Source: Alphaproteobacteria bacterium (GTDB lineage: Bacteria > Pseudomonadota > Alphaproteobacteria > UBA828). From it: 64,000 bases of DNA. The position numbers were made by a program, and so were the translations under genes. Below are positions 39,754 through 50,618 of the stretch, one piece after another (the stretch's first letter is position 1; the number at the start of each line of letters is the position of its first letter). The notes below the pieces were generated by a model. The model had not been told where the DNA came from, made no database searches, and saw only the letters and a list, made by a program, of their open reading frames with translations. The stretch is from NCBI GenBank assembly GCA_965237415.1, contig CBDEFM010000001.1, forward strand, positions 288,001 through 352,000. Reading direction: 5' to 3'.

Positions 39754-41991
39754 ATGAGAACGGTCGGCAGCAGCACGCTGCGCGGCGGCCAGACCGTGTT
39801 CCACGGGCTGCGCATGTGGGGACAGCTCCTGCGCGCCGCGGTCTTCCTCTCCGCCTTCGCCATCGTCGCGGCGCCCGGCTGGCACATCTGGCGCAACACC
39901 ACCGGCTACGAGTGGTATGCCGCCGGCCTCGTCACCGTGGCCGAGGCCAAGCTCGGCATCGGCTACCGCGAGACCGCGATGCAGGAGGTGCGTATGGCGG
40001 ACGGCAGCACCGCCGTGCTCTCGGTCCGCGAGCTCGCCCGCTCGCCCCGGGCTCTTGCCGTGCGCGATCGGCTCAAGGACGAGGTGTTCGCGAGCGCCTG
40101 GCTCGGCGCCAAGGCCTCGCTCGCCGTCATCGGGCTGTTCCTCGCGCTGTTCTGGTACCGGGGCTGGCAGCTCCACCGCGCGCGCCGGGTGCGCGGCGCC
40201 GAGCTCGCCACCGCGCGGCAGCTGCGCCGCCGCGTCCAGCCGCTGCCGGCCCGCCTGCTCCAGGGCCTCACCCTGCCGTTCGGTCCGGGCCGTCCCGGCC
40301 CCTACCGCATCGCCGGCGTGCCGTTTCCCGAACGCATCGAGACCCAGCACACCATCGTCTCGGGCACCACCGGCTCGGGCAAGACGGTGCTGATCTCCAA
40401 TCTCGTCACCCAGATCCGAGCCCGCGGCGAGCGCTGCGTCATCTACGACAAGATGGGGAGCTACACCCAGGCGTTCTACGATCCCGGCCGCGACGTGCTG
40501 ATGAACCCGCTCGATGCGAGGGCGCCGCGCTGGTCGCCCTTCTATGAGGCCCGCAGCCCGCGCGACTTCGACATGATGGCGGCGGCGCTGATCCCGCAGC
40601 AGAAGGACACCGTCGACCCGTTCTGGGTGACGGCCGCCCGCCAGCTCTTCTCGAACGGGGCCGGCGTGCTCTGGGAGCGCGGCGTCCGGGAGAACAAGGT
40701 CCTGGTCGACCATCTGCTCAAGACCGAGCTCACGGCGCTCGCCAAGGCGATGGAAGGCACCGTCGCCCAGTCGATCGTCGATCCCGAGAACCCCAAGACC
40801 GCGCTCTCGGTGCGGGCCATGCTGACCGCGCATCTGGGCGCGCTGGAGTTCCTGCCCGATACCGGCGATCCGTTCTCGATCCGCGACTGGATATCGCGCG
40901 AGGGCGGCGGCGGGTGCCTGTTCCTGACCTCGCGCGGCGACCAGCATGCGTCCTTGCGCGGCCTGATCTCGACCTGGCTGGAGATCGCGGTCAACGCGAT
41001 GCTGTCGCTCGCTCAGGACGACGGGCGGCGCATCTGGGTCATCCTCGACGAGCTCCCCACCCTCCACCAGGTGCCGTCGCTTCAGCCGGGCCTTTCGGAA
41101 TCGCGCCAGTTCGGCGGCTGCTTCGTGCTCGGCGTCCAGGTCATCTCGGCCCTGCGCGACCTCTACGGGAGGAACGGCGCCGAGACCGTCTCGGGGCTGT
41201 GCGGCACCCGCGTCGTGCTGGCCTCGCCCGACCGCGACACCGCGCAATGGTCGGCCGACAGCCTGGGCCGGAGCGAGGTCGAGGAGGTCGCCGAGGGCTT
41301 CTCCTACGGCGCCAACACCATCCGCGACGGCGTCTCGCTGACGCCGAAGCGCGAGCTCCGGGCGCTGGCGCTGCCGTCCGAGATCATGCGGCTCGAAAAC
41401 CTCGCAGGCTATCTCCGCTTCCCCGGCCCGCTTCCGGTCGCCACCATCCGCCTCGACTACGTCGACCGGCCCAAGGCGGCCGAGCGCTTCGTGCCGCGGG
41501 ACGACGCGCGGGACGACGCAGGGGACGACGGGCGGGGGGACGGGCCGAAGGCGGAGCCGTCGCCGGCCTTGCCGAAGCCGGACGATGGCGGCCCGGACAC
41601 GGCGGCGGCAACGGAAGCGGAGATGCCGGACCCGCAGGGCGAGCTCGAATTCTGGTCGCAGGCCTGTGACGGCGACTCCCGTGACGACTCCGGCAGCAAC
41701 CCTGGTTCGGAGCCGTCCCCGGCGGCACCCGACGCGGCGGTAGGAGAGGACCGCGAGGACGAGGCGGACGGCAAGGCGGGCGTTATGGACGTCCCGCCGT
41801 CGCCGGAGTTGCCGGCGGAGGAATCCGAGGCGGAACGAACGGACCGGCTGGCGGCCGTTGACGGTGAAACGCCTGGCTCTGCCGAACCCGCCGCTCCCGC
41901 CGGCAACCGGAAGCAAGACGGCATCGGCGGCTCCGGCTCCGCGTCGCAGGCTCCCGTTCCCGCCCGCTCCAGGGCACGCGAGTGGTTCTGA
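39754..41991 (+). CDS. traD: Type IV coupling protein TraD
   Basis: RGGQ, VRGAEL, GTTGSGKT, IYDKMG, ILDELPTL, SRQFGGCFVLG; acidic C-terminal tail. Confidence 0.95.
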   Translation: MRTVGSSTLRGGQTVFHGLRMWGQLLRAAVFLSAFAIVAAPGWHIWRNTTGYEWYAAGLVTVAEAKLGIGYRETAMQEVRMADGSTAVLSVRELARSPRALAVRDRLKDEVFASAWLGAKASLAVIGLFLALFWYRGWQLHRARRVRGAELATARQLRRRVQPLPARLLQGLTLPFGPGRPGPYRIAGVPFPERIETQHTIVSGTTGSGKTVLISNLVTQIRARGERCVIYDKMGSYTQAFYDPGRDVLMNPLDARAPRWSPFYEARSPRDFDMMAAALIPQQKDTVDPFWVTAARQLFSNGAGVLWERGVRENKVLVDHLLKTELTALAKAMEGTVAQSIVDPENPKTALSVRAMLTAHLGALEFLPDTGDPFSIRDWISREGGGGCLFLTSRGDQHASLRGLISTWLEIAVNAMLSLAQDDGRRIWVILDELPTLHQVPSLQPGLSESRQFGGCFVLGVQVISALRDLYGRNGAETVSGLCGTRVVLASPDRDTAQWSADSLGRSEVEEVAEGFSYGANTIRDGVSLTPKRELRALALPSEIMRLENLAGYLRFPGPLPVATIRLDYVDRPKAAERFVPRDDARDDAGDDGRGDGPKAEPSPALPKPDDGGPDTAAATEAEMPDPQGELEFWSQACDGDSRDDSGSNPGSEPSPAAPDAAVGEDREDEADGKAGVMDVPPSPELPAEESEAERTDRLAAVDGETPGSAEPAAPAGNRKQDGIGGSGSASQAPVPARSRAREWF

Positions 41992-41992
41992 G

Positions 41993-44974
41993 ATGCTCTC
42001 GATCGGGGCGCTGACCTCGGCGGCGCAAGGAGCGTCCTACTACGAACGCGATGGCTACTACGCGAAGGACGATCCCGACCACCGCGCCGCCAGCGCCTGG
42101 GCCGGAAAGGGCGCGGCCGAACTCGGGCTCGACGGCCCGGTCGACGCCGAGGTCTTCCGGGCGGTCCTGGAAGGCAAGGTGCCCGACGGCTCGGGGCAAC
42201 GACTCGGGCGCCGCGGCAAGGACGGGGAGATCGCCCACCGTCCGGGCCGCGACCTGACCTTCTCGGCGCCGAAATCGGCCTCTCTGGCGGCGCTGGTCGG
42301 CGGCGATGCGCGCATCGTCGAGGCCCACGACCGCGCGGTGAAGGCGACGCTCGGCTGGATCGAGAAGAACGCGGCCGAGACCCGGATGCAGGACCGGGAT
42401 ACCGGGAAGATGGTCCGCGTCGGCGGCCAGGAGATCGTCGCCGCCACCTTCCGCCATGACACCTCGCGCAATCTCGATCCGCAGCTCCATACCCATGCCG
42501 TACTGGCGAACATGGTGAAGGGCCCCGATGGCAAGTGGGACGGCAAGTGGCGGACCATGGCCAATGAAGGATTGTACGAACGCCAGAAGCTGATCGGCAT
42601 GCTCTACCGCAACGAGCTGGCAAGTGGTCTGGCTCGGCTCGGCTACGACATCGAGAAGACCCATGCCGACGGGCGCTTCGAGATCGGGGGCGTCTCGCGC
42701 CAGGTGGTTGAGGCGTTCTCGACGCGCCGCGCCGAGATCGAGGCGGCGATGGCGGAGCGCAATCTCGGGAACTCGGCGGACAATCCCCGCCTCGCCGAGC
42801 GGGCGGCGCTGATGACCCGCGCCGGGAAGCGCGATGTCGACCGGGACGAGCTCCGGGGCGTCTGGGAGAAGCAGGCGGCCGAAATCGGGTTCGATGTACG
42901 GGGACTGGTTGCCGACGCGGCGTCGAAGACCGCCGCGCCGGCCATGCAGGGCCCGGAAGCGGTGGCGGAACGGAGCACGGCGCGGGAATCGATGCCTGCC
43001 GGGAGCCGCGATGTGGCCGGTGCGCCGGGCGTGGATAGGGCGGCGGCGGACAGGTCCGACCTGGAGGGAAGACCGGCCGCGGGGGCCGTCGTCTGGGCGA
43101 TGGCGCATCTCTCTGAGCGCGAGGCGGTGTTCGCCCGCGCCGATCTCTTCGCCGCGGCGCTTGCACACGCGCCCGGAGCCGTCTCGATCGCCGACGCCGA
43201 ACGCGAAGTCGCCGCGCTGGAGAAGGACGGGACGCTGCACGCCGCGCGCCTGCCGGGCGCGGAGGACTCCCTGGCGACCGACCGGACCGTCGGCGAGGAA
43301 CGCGAGACGGTGGCGCTGATGCGCGCAGGGTCCGACCAGGGGCGCGCGCCGATGCGGGGCTGGTCGGTCCAGGGGTATCTCAACAAGGGACCGCTCACGG
43401 CCGGCCAGAAGGATGCCGTCAAGCTGATCCTGTCGGCGAAGGACCGGGTGGTCGGCGTCCAGGGCTATGCCGGTACCGGCAAGACGACGATGCTGGATAG
43501 AGCGCGGACCCTCGCCGGGAAGAAGGGCTACCGCATGCTCGGGCTCGCGCCCTCGGCCTCGGCGGTGAAGACGCTGGCGGCAGAGGCCGGCATCGAGAGC
43601 GAGACCCTGCAAAGGTTCCTCGCGCGCAATGCCGGCGTCGCCCAGGGCAGGCTCACGAAGAAGGGCGCGAAGGAGATGCGCGCGGCCTTTGCCAAGACCA
43701 TCCTGGTGGTCGACGAGGGCTCGCTCGCCTCGACCGTGCAGGCCCGCGACCTGCTGCGGATCGCCAACGAGGTCCGCATCCCGCGCGTGGTGCTGGTCGG
43801 CGACGCCAAGCAGCTGGATGCGGTCGATGCCGGCAAGCCGTTCGCCCAGCTCCAGGCCGCGGGCATGCGGACCGCGACCATGGACGAGATCATGCGCCAG
43901 CGCGATCCGGAGCTGAAAGCGGCCGTCGAGGCGAGCCTGAAGGGCGATATCGCCAAGGCCTTCGAGAAGCTCGGCAGCAATGTCGCCGAGGTGAAACCCG
44001 ACAATATCGCCGGCGCGGTCGCCGCGCGCTGGCTCAAGCTCTCCCCGGAGCAGCGCGAGAACACAGGCGTGATGGCGCCGAGCCATGCGCTGCGCCAGGA
44101 GATCAACGGCCATATCCGCGAGCGCCTCGCCCGCGAGGGCCGCATCCACGGGCCCGTGATGGCGGCCGAGCGCCTGGTCTCGAAGGGCTACACCAATGCC
44201 GAGAAGGCGCTCGCCGGGAACTATGCGGTCGGCGATGTCGTCGCTTTCCATCGTCCCTACAAACGGATCGGCGTCGAGAAAGGCGACGAACGCCGTGTCA
44301 CCGGCGTCGACCACAAGGCCCGCACCGTGCTGCTCGACGACGGGAACGGCAAGACCGCTCACTGGAAACCCGGCGAGATCGGCGGACGGCAGGGCGGAAC
44401 CGAGGTCTACCGGGCCGAAGGGATCGAGCTGCGCGCCGGCGACCGCATCCGCTGGACCCGCAACGATGCCGGTCTGGGGCTCGTGAACAGCCGCACCGCC
44501 GAGGTGGTCTCGGCGGCCAACGGACAGGTGGCGTTCAGGCTGGAGGATGGCCGCAGGCTGGATCTCGGCAGCGGCGATCCGCAACTGCGCCATCTCGACC
44601 ATGCCTGGGCCTCGACCGTGCATGCGTTTCAGGGGCGTACCGTCGATGCGGTGATCGCCGCCATGGAAGCGCGCCACCCGCATCTGACGACGCAGAAGTC
44701 GTTCTACGTGGAAATCAGCCGCGCAAGAGACAGAGCGGAGCTGGTCACCGACGACGCGGCGGAACTCCGGGCCCAGCTCCAGGCCGTCACGGGCGAGCGC
44801 ATCGCGGCGCTCGAAGGGATCGGCGAGATGCCCCGCGAGGCGGCGGGCAAGGGTGCCGAAGCGGCGAAAGTGGGGGCCGGGAAGGAACCGGACCAGCCCG
44901 TGGCACAACAGAAGGACCGCGATCTACTGGCACCCGAACGTGGCAAGGCGGCGGGGATGGATCTCGGGCTGTAA
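41993..44974 (+). CDS. traI: MOBF relaxase-helicase (TrwC/TraI)
   Basis: YYERDGYY, DLTFSAPKS, HDTSRNLDPQLHTH, QGYAGTGKTT, VGDAKQL, TVHAFQGRT, YVEISRAR. Confidence 0.96.
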   Translation: MLSIGALTSAAQGASYYERDGYYAKDDPDHRAASAWAGKGAAELGLDGPVDAEVFRAVLEGKVPDGSGQRLGRRGKDGEIAHRPGRDLTFSAPKSASLAALVGGDARIVEAHDRAVKATLGWIEKNAAETRMQDRDTGKMVRVGGQEIVAATFRHDTSRNLDPQLHTHAVLANMVKGPDGKWDGKWRTMANEGLYERQKLIGMLYRNELASGLARLGYDIEKTHADGRFEIGGVSRQVVEAFSTRRAEIEAAMAERNLGNSADNPRLAERAALMTRAGKRDVDRDELRGVWEKQAAEIGFDVRGLVADAASKTAAPAMQGPEAVAERSTARESMPAGSRDVAGAPGVDRAAADRSDLEGRPAAGAVVWAMAHLSEREAVFARADLFAAALAHAPGAVSIADAEREVAALEKDGTLHAARLPGAEDSLATDRTVGEERETVALMRAGSDQGRAPMRGWSVQGYLNKGPLTAGQKDAVKLILSAKDRVVGVQGYAGTGKTTMLDRARTLAGKKGYRMLGLAPSASAVKTLAAEAGIESETLQRFLARNAGVAQGRLTKKGAKEMRAAFAKTILVVDEGSLASTVQARDLLRIANEVRIPRVVLVGDAKQLDAVDAGKPFAQLQAAGMRTATMDEIMRQRDPELKAAVEASLKGDIAKAFEKLGSNVAEVKPDNIAGAVAARWLKLSPEQRENTGVMAPSHALRQEINGHIRERLAREGRIHGPVMAAERLVSKGYTNAEKALAGNYAVGDVVAFHRPYKRIGVEKGDERRVTGVDHKARTVLLDDGNGKTAHWKPGEIGGRQGGTEVYRAEGIELRAGDRIRWTRNDAGLGLVNSRTAEVVSAANGQVAFRLEDGRRLDLGSGDPQLRHLDHAWASTVHAFQGRTVDAVIAAMEARHPHLTTQKSFYVEISRARDRAELVTDDAAELRAQLQAVTGERIAALEGIGEMPREAAGKGAEAAKVGAGKEPDQPVAQQKDRDLLAPERGKAAGMDLGL

Positions 44975-45150
44975 TGGGCAAAGCGAGGCGTGCGCACATC
45001 TGAGTCCGAAGCGGACCGCCGGAGACGGCGATATCCCCTTGCGGGGTGATGATGGCGGTTTGGGGAGACGCGCGAAAATGCCGGGCAGTCGAGCGCGGGC
45101 ACCTTCCTATCCGATCGATTTGGACTGAATGAGCGGTCCATTCTCTGAAT

Positions 45151-47355
45151 TCAACGAGGACCACCGGTCGATGTAAGTGCGTCGCTGGCGGAGGTGGGGG
45201 TGGTGTCAGTGTCGGGCTTTTCCAGCGCAAGGATTGCCGTTCGCATTTCTTCCAAGCGGTCAACGATATCCGACCTCATGCGGACGGATCGTGCGAATTG
45301 TTGCCAACGCTTGAACTGCTCAAGCAAGGCCCCGACCTGCCCCGATTTCCGATTCATTACTTCGTACATTGTGGCCGGCGAAGCGCCGTTGCGGTAGGCA
45401 TTCAAGCAACATTCGGCCACCATGGCGTCATCTCCTCCGAGGGAGTCTATATCTCGGAAGAGGAATTCGCTGTACCTTGATGCGGTGGCTGAATCGTCCG
45501 ATTCGGGCAAGCCGTCCGGTGTGGCCAGGCTACGAAACACGATTGGATGCAGGGCGAACAAGCACTTGATGTGCATCTCTATGCGTTCGGTCGGATTCCA
45601 TGGGGAATTCGTAAGCCAACAGTCCCGAACCCCTTCGAACACCTTGCCCCACAACGCCGCTGCATCGTCAGGGGATTCATCGGGCTGCGACATCAACCAA
45701 CGGATCGCCGACGTTCCGGTCGCGAGAAGGAACAGTGTAGGCGCCAGAGCATCGCCATCACGGGTTTCTCGGCAGTGCTGGGCACGCCGTCTGTGCTCGG
45801 TCAGCAATTCCCATGACTTTAGCCAGCGCGAGGCGGGTTCATCCGTGTTTGCCAGAAGGTATCCGCAATTCTTCGCCGGCATGCTGTCCGGGTCACGAAT
45901 CAGAGCGGCTTCGGTCTCGAAGGCCGAATCCCGTGAGACCAGCAAGGCATCGAGCCGGTCAAGCAGTGCACGTACGTTTTCTGAAGACCCGTTGCCGATC
46001 CTGTGGTCGAGCAACGCGATTATCGAAAGCGCTCCGAGGCGTGGACTTGTTTCACCGTCGTCGGGCGCCGCGGGCTTCACAGCGGTGATCTTGGCGAGGT
46101 CCGGGCGTTCCGGTAAGACCACAATGGCGGAGATCGCATCTTCCGCGAGACCTGCCCTGGCAAGACCGAGAGCGATCCATTCGATCAGTTCGTCTTCATG
46201 AAGGTGATCCTGGCGGTCACCTTCGGCAGCACGGCCCCGCCCGCGGTGCATGCGTTCATCCGATGTCTTGAGCAGAAGCCACCACGCACCAAGGAACCGC
46301 CCGTCCTGTCGCGCCATGATAATTTGGCCGATCTGTTCGAGCCATGTTGAAAGGGTGTCTTTGGTTTCATCGTTGGTTTCCGAAGCGACCCTTCGGTTGT
46401 CGTTGGCTCGGCATGCCGCGCGCCATAGTTCCCGGCAATGCTGCTCCACAGATTCCAGTAAGAGGAAGGCTGGTAACCGGTGATTCCACGACTGGTTGTC
46501 ATCGCTGCAAATTGGTGCGGCCTCAAGCGCGGCGGCGATCTGGCAACGGTCGTGCAGGATCGTGCAGTACTGAAGAACCTGGCGGATCGGGTGCGGAAAG
46601 TCGAAGCTGTCCACATGATCAAGGACGGCTGCTTCGTCAACCGAAAGTATGGCTGGAATCATATCGAGGCAGCGGTAGTGGACCGGAAACCATTGGCCTC
46701 CGTCCATCCAGAGATCCTCAATTGAGGGTTTCGAACGCCACTCGTCCACGGCGGCATTGAAAGCTGGTCGTTCTCTCGTAGTGGTTCCGATCCCCGGATC
46801 CCTCTTGATGGCGTCGATACACGCCTTCAGGTCCGACAGTATCGCCTCGAATGCCAACGGACACCTGCGCAACAGTTCGCGAAGTGACTCTTGGTATGCG
46901 CAGTCGACGGACCCGCCGGAACCGGAGAGCGTCCAGAGTATGCGAAGTCGGTGTCTCGGGACGGGATTCCCTGTTTGCAGTTCATCGACCAAGGCCTTAG
47001 CCAGAGCCTGTCCTAACAGCCAAGCCAGACCGTTCTTCTGGTCATCTTCGCCTCGCTCCAGCAGACCTTTGAAAGATTCCTCGAGAGATTGTCGCCGCGT
47101 TGGATCGGGAAGACGGTCGAAAGACCGCATGGGAGAGTGTTCAGGCGGAAGCGCGAGGAGGTCCGACAGGCCGTTGATTCCGCTCCGGACGTCCAAAACA
47201 TCCATGCTGAGCAATGCGCGCCTGCACCAAAGCGCGAGGGCAGAAACGATGTCCGGGGCGTCTGCGAGCGCTCGCGCGGCTTCCCGCGCGGCGTCGGCTT
47301 CCTGCCGAGATTCTGCGAGCCAAGCCTGATTGTGTTCGAACATCGGGTCACGCAT
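45151..47355 (-). CDS. Large alpha-helical hypothetical protein (cargo)
   Basis: 734-aa intact ORF, lower GC, GGAGG RBS, no motif recognised. Confidence 0.8.
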   Translation of the reverse strand: MRDPMFEHNQAWLAESRQEADAAREAARALADAPDIVSALALWCRRALLSMDVLDVRSGINGLSDLLALPPEHSPMRSFDRLPDPTRRQSLEESFKGLLERGEDDQKNGLAWLLGQALAKALVDELQTGNPVPRHRLRILWTLSGSGGSVDCAYQESLRELLRRCPLAFEAILSDLKACIDAIKRDPGIGTTTRERPAFNAAVDEWRSKPSIEDLWMDGGQWFPVHYRCLDMIPAILSVDEAAVLDHVDSFDFPHPIRQVLQYCTILHDRCQIAAALEAAPICSDDNQSWNHRLPAFLLLESVEQHCRELWRAACRANDNRRVASETNDETKDTLSTWLEQIGQIIMARQDGRFLGAWWLLLKTSDERMHRGRGRAAEGDRQDHLHEDELIEWIALGLARAGLAEDAISAIVVLPERPDLAKITAVKPAAPDDGETSPRLGALSIIALLDHRIGNGSSENVRALLDRLDALLVSRDSAFETEAALIRDPDSMPAKNCGYLLANTDEPASRWLKSWELLTEHRRRAQHCRETRDGDALAPTLFLLATGTSAIRWLMSQPDESPDDAAALWGKVFEGVRDCWLTNSPWNPTERIEMHIKCLFALHPIVFRSLATPDGLPESDDSATASRYSEFLFRDIDSLGGDDAMVAECCLNAYRNGASPATMYEVMNRKSGQVGALLEQFKRWQQFARSVRMRSDIVDRLEEMRTAILALEKPDTDTTPTSASDALTSTGGPR

Positions 47356-47592
47356 TGAGTGTCCTCCAGAAATCTACGAACGATTCCCCGACGCAAGTGC
47401 CGGTGACGAACCATGGTTTGCTAACCGCGGGCGAACCGGATATCTGCCACCCACGAGGGCGCAGGGATGCCGGAGGGCTGTGTGTCTCTGTTATATCCAG
47501 GGCCACGAAGGTTGCAGAGCATTTGATGCCGAAGGGGGGGGTATATGGTTGGATCGCAGAGACAGTGCCTATGGCTGGTCGCAGGAGCCTGT

Positions 47593-49188
47593 TCATCGAC
47601 ATGGGATCCAAGCTGCCAAACGGTCGAGCCATGACCGAAGGCGGCATTTCTTGGGTGTTGCCGCTTGACTTGACAACCACTCGGACAGGGCCGGAGCATC
47701 TTGCCAGAACTCTTCAAGCCGCAGGATGACCTGCGCCGGAGAGGGAAGGCGGACGATCATGCTGGCGCGCTCTCCTATCGTGTTTAAGGAGTTTCCCGAG
47801 AACCAGACGTTCTCATCAACGACCAAGAACCGGTCGTGCACAGCGGCCTTTTTGCCGGATAGGACACGAATCTCCGGCTTTACGCGATAGGTCGTGAATG
47901 TTTGATTTAGGTAGTCAAGAAGCTGCAACTCGGATTCTTTTCCTGCTTGAGCGCCCTGACCTGAAGCTTTGAGTCCTTGGGCTGAAGTAAGAATGCGCAA
48001 CTGAACGTCGGTGCGCCGAATAGCATGTCCAAACTGCAACAGTTCCCGGCCGGCGAAATAGGGATCGACGATCAAGACCTCATCACGAGCATCGCCGATC
48101 TTCTGGCGCACATATTTTTCAGCCTTGGATGTATCGTCATGGAACCATTGCTGATCGTAATCGCACGAGGCTCGCCGGCTTTTCGCAGCTGCCAAGCGTG
48201 AAACGATGTCAGAATCATCCAGCGCATCGCCAGTAACGGCTTCCCCCGCGTCTTCGAGTTCGTCGACTTCATACGTATGGGCCGGGCGTTTGCGGCCCCC
48301 CCGGGGCACCTGAATGCTTTTTCGGCGGCTTGCCACTTCGAAACCGACGCGTATCTTTCTTATGATGGTGCCAGGTTCGCGCCAGGAGAGCAGGCCGTGT
48401 TCAGGGTGCGTGACCGACCGCCCCTCCCTGTAGATTTTCGCCGGCGATTGGAAAATCGCTGTCGTTTCACTGCCGAACGGGTGAATGAACGGATCCATGC
48501 GTCCACGCAGACGCTCGTTGACAACCTCCAAGCGCAACCCGGCGAGAGATTGGCCCTTGCGGGGCACAATTTTGTACGCCACGGTTTCCGCGTCACCCAG
48601 GCCCGGCTGCTCAAGGTGCGACTTGGCGATGGACCGGAAGAGTGGGTTCGGGGCGACTAGACAAATCGCGCCCTGGTACTCGGAATAGATGTCGACCATG
48701 TCGAAATTCATCCACTCGGACAGTTTTGTTCGGATTTTTTCGTCACTAATGAGGCCAGTGATCCCCGAAGCGAGGGGGTTCTTTGGAAACAGGAAATGGG
48801 CCCGCGAACCCTGCATCCAGTCTGGTGCGAACGCCAGTTCGTTCGAGGTAACCAATGCAGGCCAAGGTGGTTCCTGAAAAAATGGGCCACCTAGGAGCTT
48901 CATACCGTCACCCGGCGTTAGGAGATCCGGATCGGCGGGCAGAACAGGGTCGGCGCAGAAGGCGGCCGTATACCATGAGATTGCGTCGCTCACGGAAAGA
49001 GCGAAACGCCGATAGTGGATGTGTCTGCGACCCTTGTTTCCGACGCGGGCATTCTTTGTTGGACAACCAGGTACGCGGCAGAACTCGGTGGGGCGCAGCT
49101 CCACCATGGCGAAGAGCAAATGCCGGATTTTGTCGTCGCGAAACCAGGCAAGGTGGATGACTGCCTGGTCATATCCGTCAAAGTTCAT
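47593..49188 (-). CDS. Protein with C-terminal PLD-like nuclease domain (VPA1262-like architecture)
   Basis: VLIVDPYF, HDRFLVVD (HxK/RxxxxD), SGNSLNTIG; start uncertain (49188 or 49239). Confidence 0.75.
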   Translation of the reverse strand: MNFDGYDQAVIHLAWFRDDKIRHLLFAMVELRPTEFCRVPGCPTKNARVGNKGRRHIHYRRFALSVSDAISWYTAAFCADPVLPADPDLLTPGDGMKLLGGPFFQEPPWPALVTSNELAFAPDWMQGSRAHFLFPKNPLASGITGLISDEKIRTKLSEWMNFDMVDIYSEYQGAICLVAPNPLFRSIAKSHLEQPGLGDAETVAYKIVPRKGQSLAGLRLEVVNERLRGRMDPFIHPFGSETTAIFQSPAKIYREGRSVTHPEHGLLSWREPGTIIRKIRVGFEVASRRKSIQVPRGGRKRPAHTYEVDELEDAGEAVTGDALDDSDIVSRLAAAKSRRASCDYDQQWFHDDTSKAEKYVRQKIGDARDEVLIVDPYFAGRELLQFGHAIRRTDVQLRILTSAQGLKASGQGAQAGKESELQLLDYLNQTFTTYRVKPEIRVLSGKKAAVHDRFLVVDENVWFSGNSLNTIGERASMIVRLPSPAQVILRLEEFWQDAPALSEWLSSQAATPKKCRLRSWLDRLAAWIPCR

Positions 49189-49564
49189 CGCCGTAACTCC
49201 CGATACCCCTGTCGCAGTCGCAGCGGGGTTCCGGAACAAGGGACGCGGCTGCGCAACACAAGGTCAATCCCGGATTCCGTCTCAAAAAAATGCACACGCA
49301 TCTCAGGAGTCGGCGAAATGAGGCGGAACCCAGCGGTGTCAGTCTGGCTGATCCGGTGGAGGTCGTGCGTTTTCGGGCGTATATGACGAGAGCGCCCCAT
49401 CCAGATTTCGGCCTGACCCGCTCGATTGACGGCTTGTCGAAATTCCAAGGCTGGAGGTCGTCGAGGCGGTCGCTGGCGGTGGCTTTGACGGCAAAGTGCG
49501 GGCCAATTGCCCGCGGTCCGGGACGGTGAAGTGAATTCCGGGAAATACCAGTGGAGCGGGCGCA

Positions 49565-49963
49565 TCACTTGCCCTCTCGCGATGTCTCGCGGACCAGCTC
49601 GGCCTGAGAGTCACGTGCCGCCTCGATGATCTTTTCCAACGCGTCATCGCGTCCTTCGGAGAGCATTTCATCGCGCTTCAGGGTCGCAACGATATAGGTG
49701 CTCCGGTAAATCCGGCGGATCGTTTCGACCATCTCGGCATCGAGGGCGGCGATTCTGCCCTCGGCGACGTCGACCGCGGCGGTGCGGACGTACTCGGCCG
49801 CGGGGATTCCCCGCTTGTTTGCGGCGCGTTCGACGCTTTCCCACTCTGGATCGGAGAAGCGGATGGTCTTCGCGCGGCGCGTGTCGGCCCGTTTTTCCTG
49901 GCCTTCCGCGGCTTTTTCGTTCGGTTTCTCGTCGTTTTCATCCATGTTTTTTTTCCGAGGCAT
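49565..49963 (-). CDS. Ribbon-helix-helix relaxosome accessory protein
   Basis: KTIRFSDPEWESVERAA...PAAEYVRTAA; adjacent to the oriT candidate. Confidence 0.75.
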   Translation of the reverse strand: MPRKKNMDENDEKPNEKAAEGQEKRADTRRAKTIRFSDPEWESVERAANKRGIPAAEYVRTAAVDVAEGRIAALDAEMVETIRRIYRSTYIVATLKRDEMLSEGRDDALEKIIEAARDSQAELVRETSREGK

Positions 49964-50035
49964 AGCGGTGGCTGCCCGCAAAACGGCTTGAAGGCGCGCG
50001 AAACGGGGCGCCCGAATGTCGAGTGTGCACGCATC

Positions 50036-50264
50036 GGCGAATGCCAAATAGCATGCGCGTAGGAAACTACCTGATTCGGGGCGAATGCCAAATAGCATCC
50101 GCTCGCACGAACTCCAGTCAAAACAAGGGGTTGGCGCGTATGCTCCAGAGCATTCGCTCGGTCCAACAACACCCAGGCGTCGAAAGGCACCGAGAGAGGC
50201 CGAAAGGGCACGACATAAGTGCCAATGGCATACACCCGCAGCCTGCTGCGTGGGGTGTGAGACC
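50036..50264 (+). other. oriT candidate with MOBF nic site (cut predicted 50258/50259)
   Basis: TGCGTGGGGTGT|G at 50247-50259 equals the F nic core; hairpin CGCAGC-CT-GCTGCG; 19-bp direct repeats GGCGAATGCCAAATAGCAT at 50036 and 50080. Confidence 0.8.
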
Positions 50265-50618
50265 CAAGGCCGCCCCGGCGGTACGGAACAGCCAATCGAG
50301 CGGCAGAAGCGATGGGGGAATCGATGCCGGCGAAGCCGGCGGAGGGGAGCCGCCACGGCGCTTGAGTGGCGGGCACTGCGGCCAGCGCCGAAGGCAGTCG
50401 CGCGAAGCGCGCTGCCGGAGGCGCGGGCGGAGGTGTCCGAACTGGTGCGGACACCGATGCACGGCGCGGTGCGCGGCCCGGTGACGGGCGAAGCCCGCAC
50501 CGGCGACGCGGGAGCGGAACGCGACACGGCGAGCGCTGCGCGAAGCGCGAGCGCGAGAACCGGACGGCGGATGCCGGGCACGGTGTGCGGAACTTCGGCA
50601 CGGCCTGTCAGCCTGGAG

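Noticed and set aside
24904-42550. Short in-frame tandem duplications in traV, the HD gene, traD and traI (e.g. GKWDGKW)
   Set aside because: Frame-preserving slippage, mostly in linker regions; no sign of a switch
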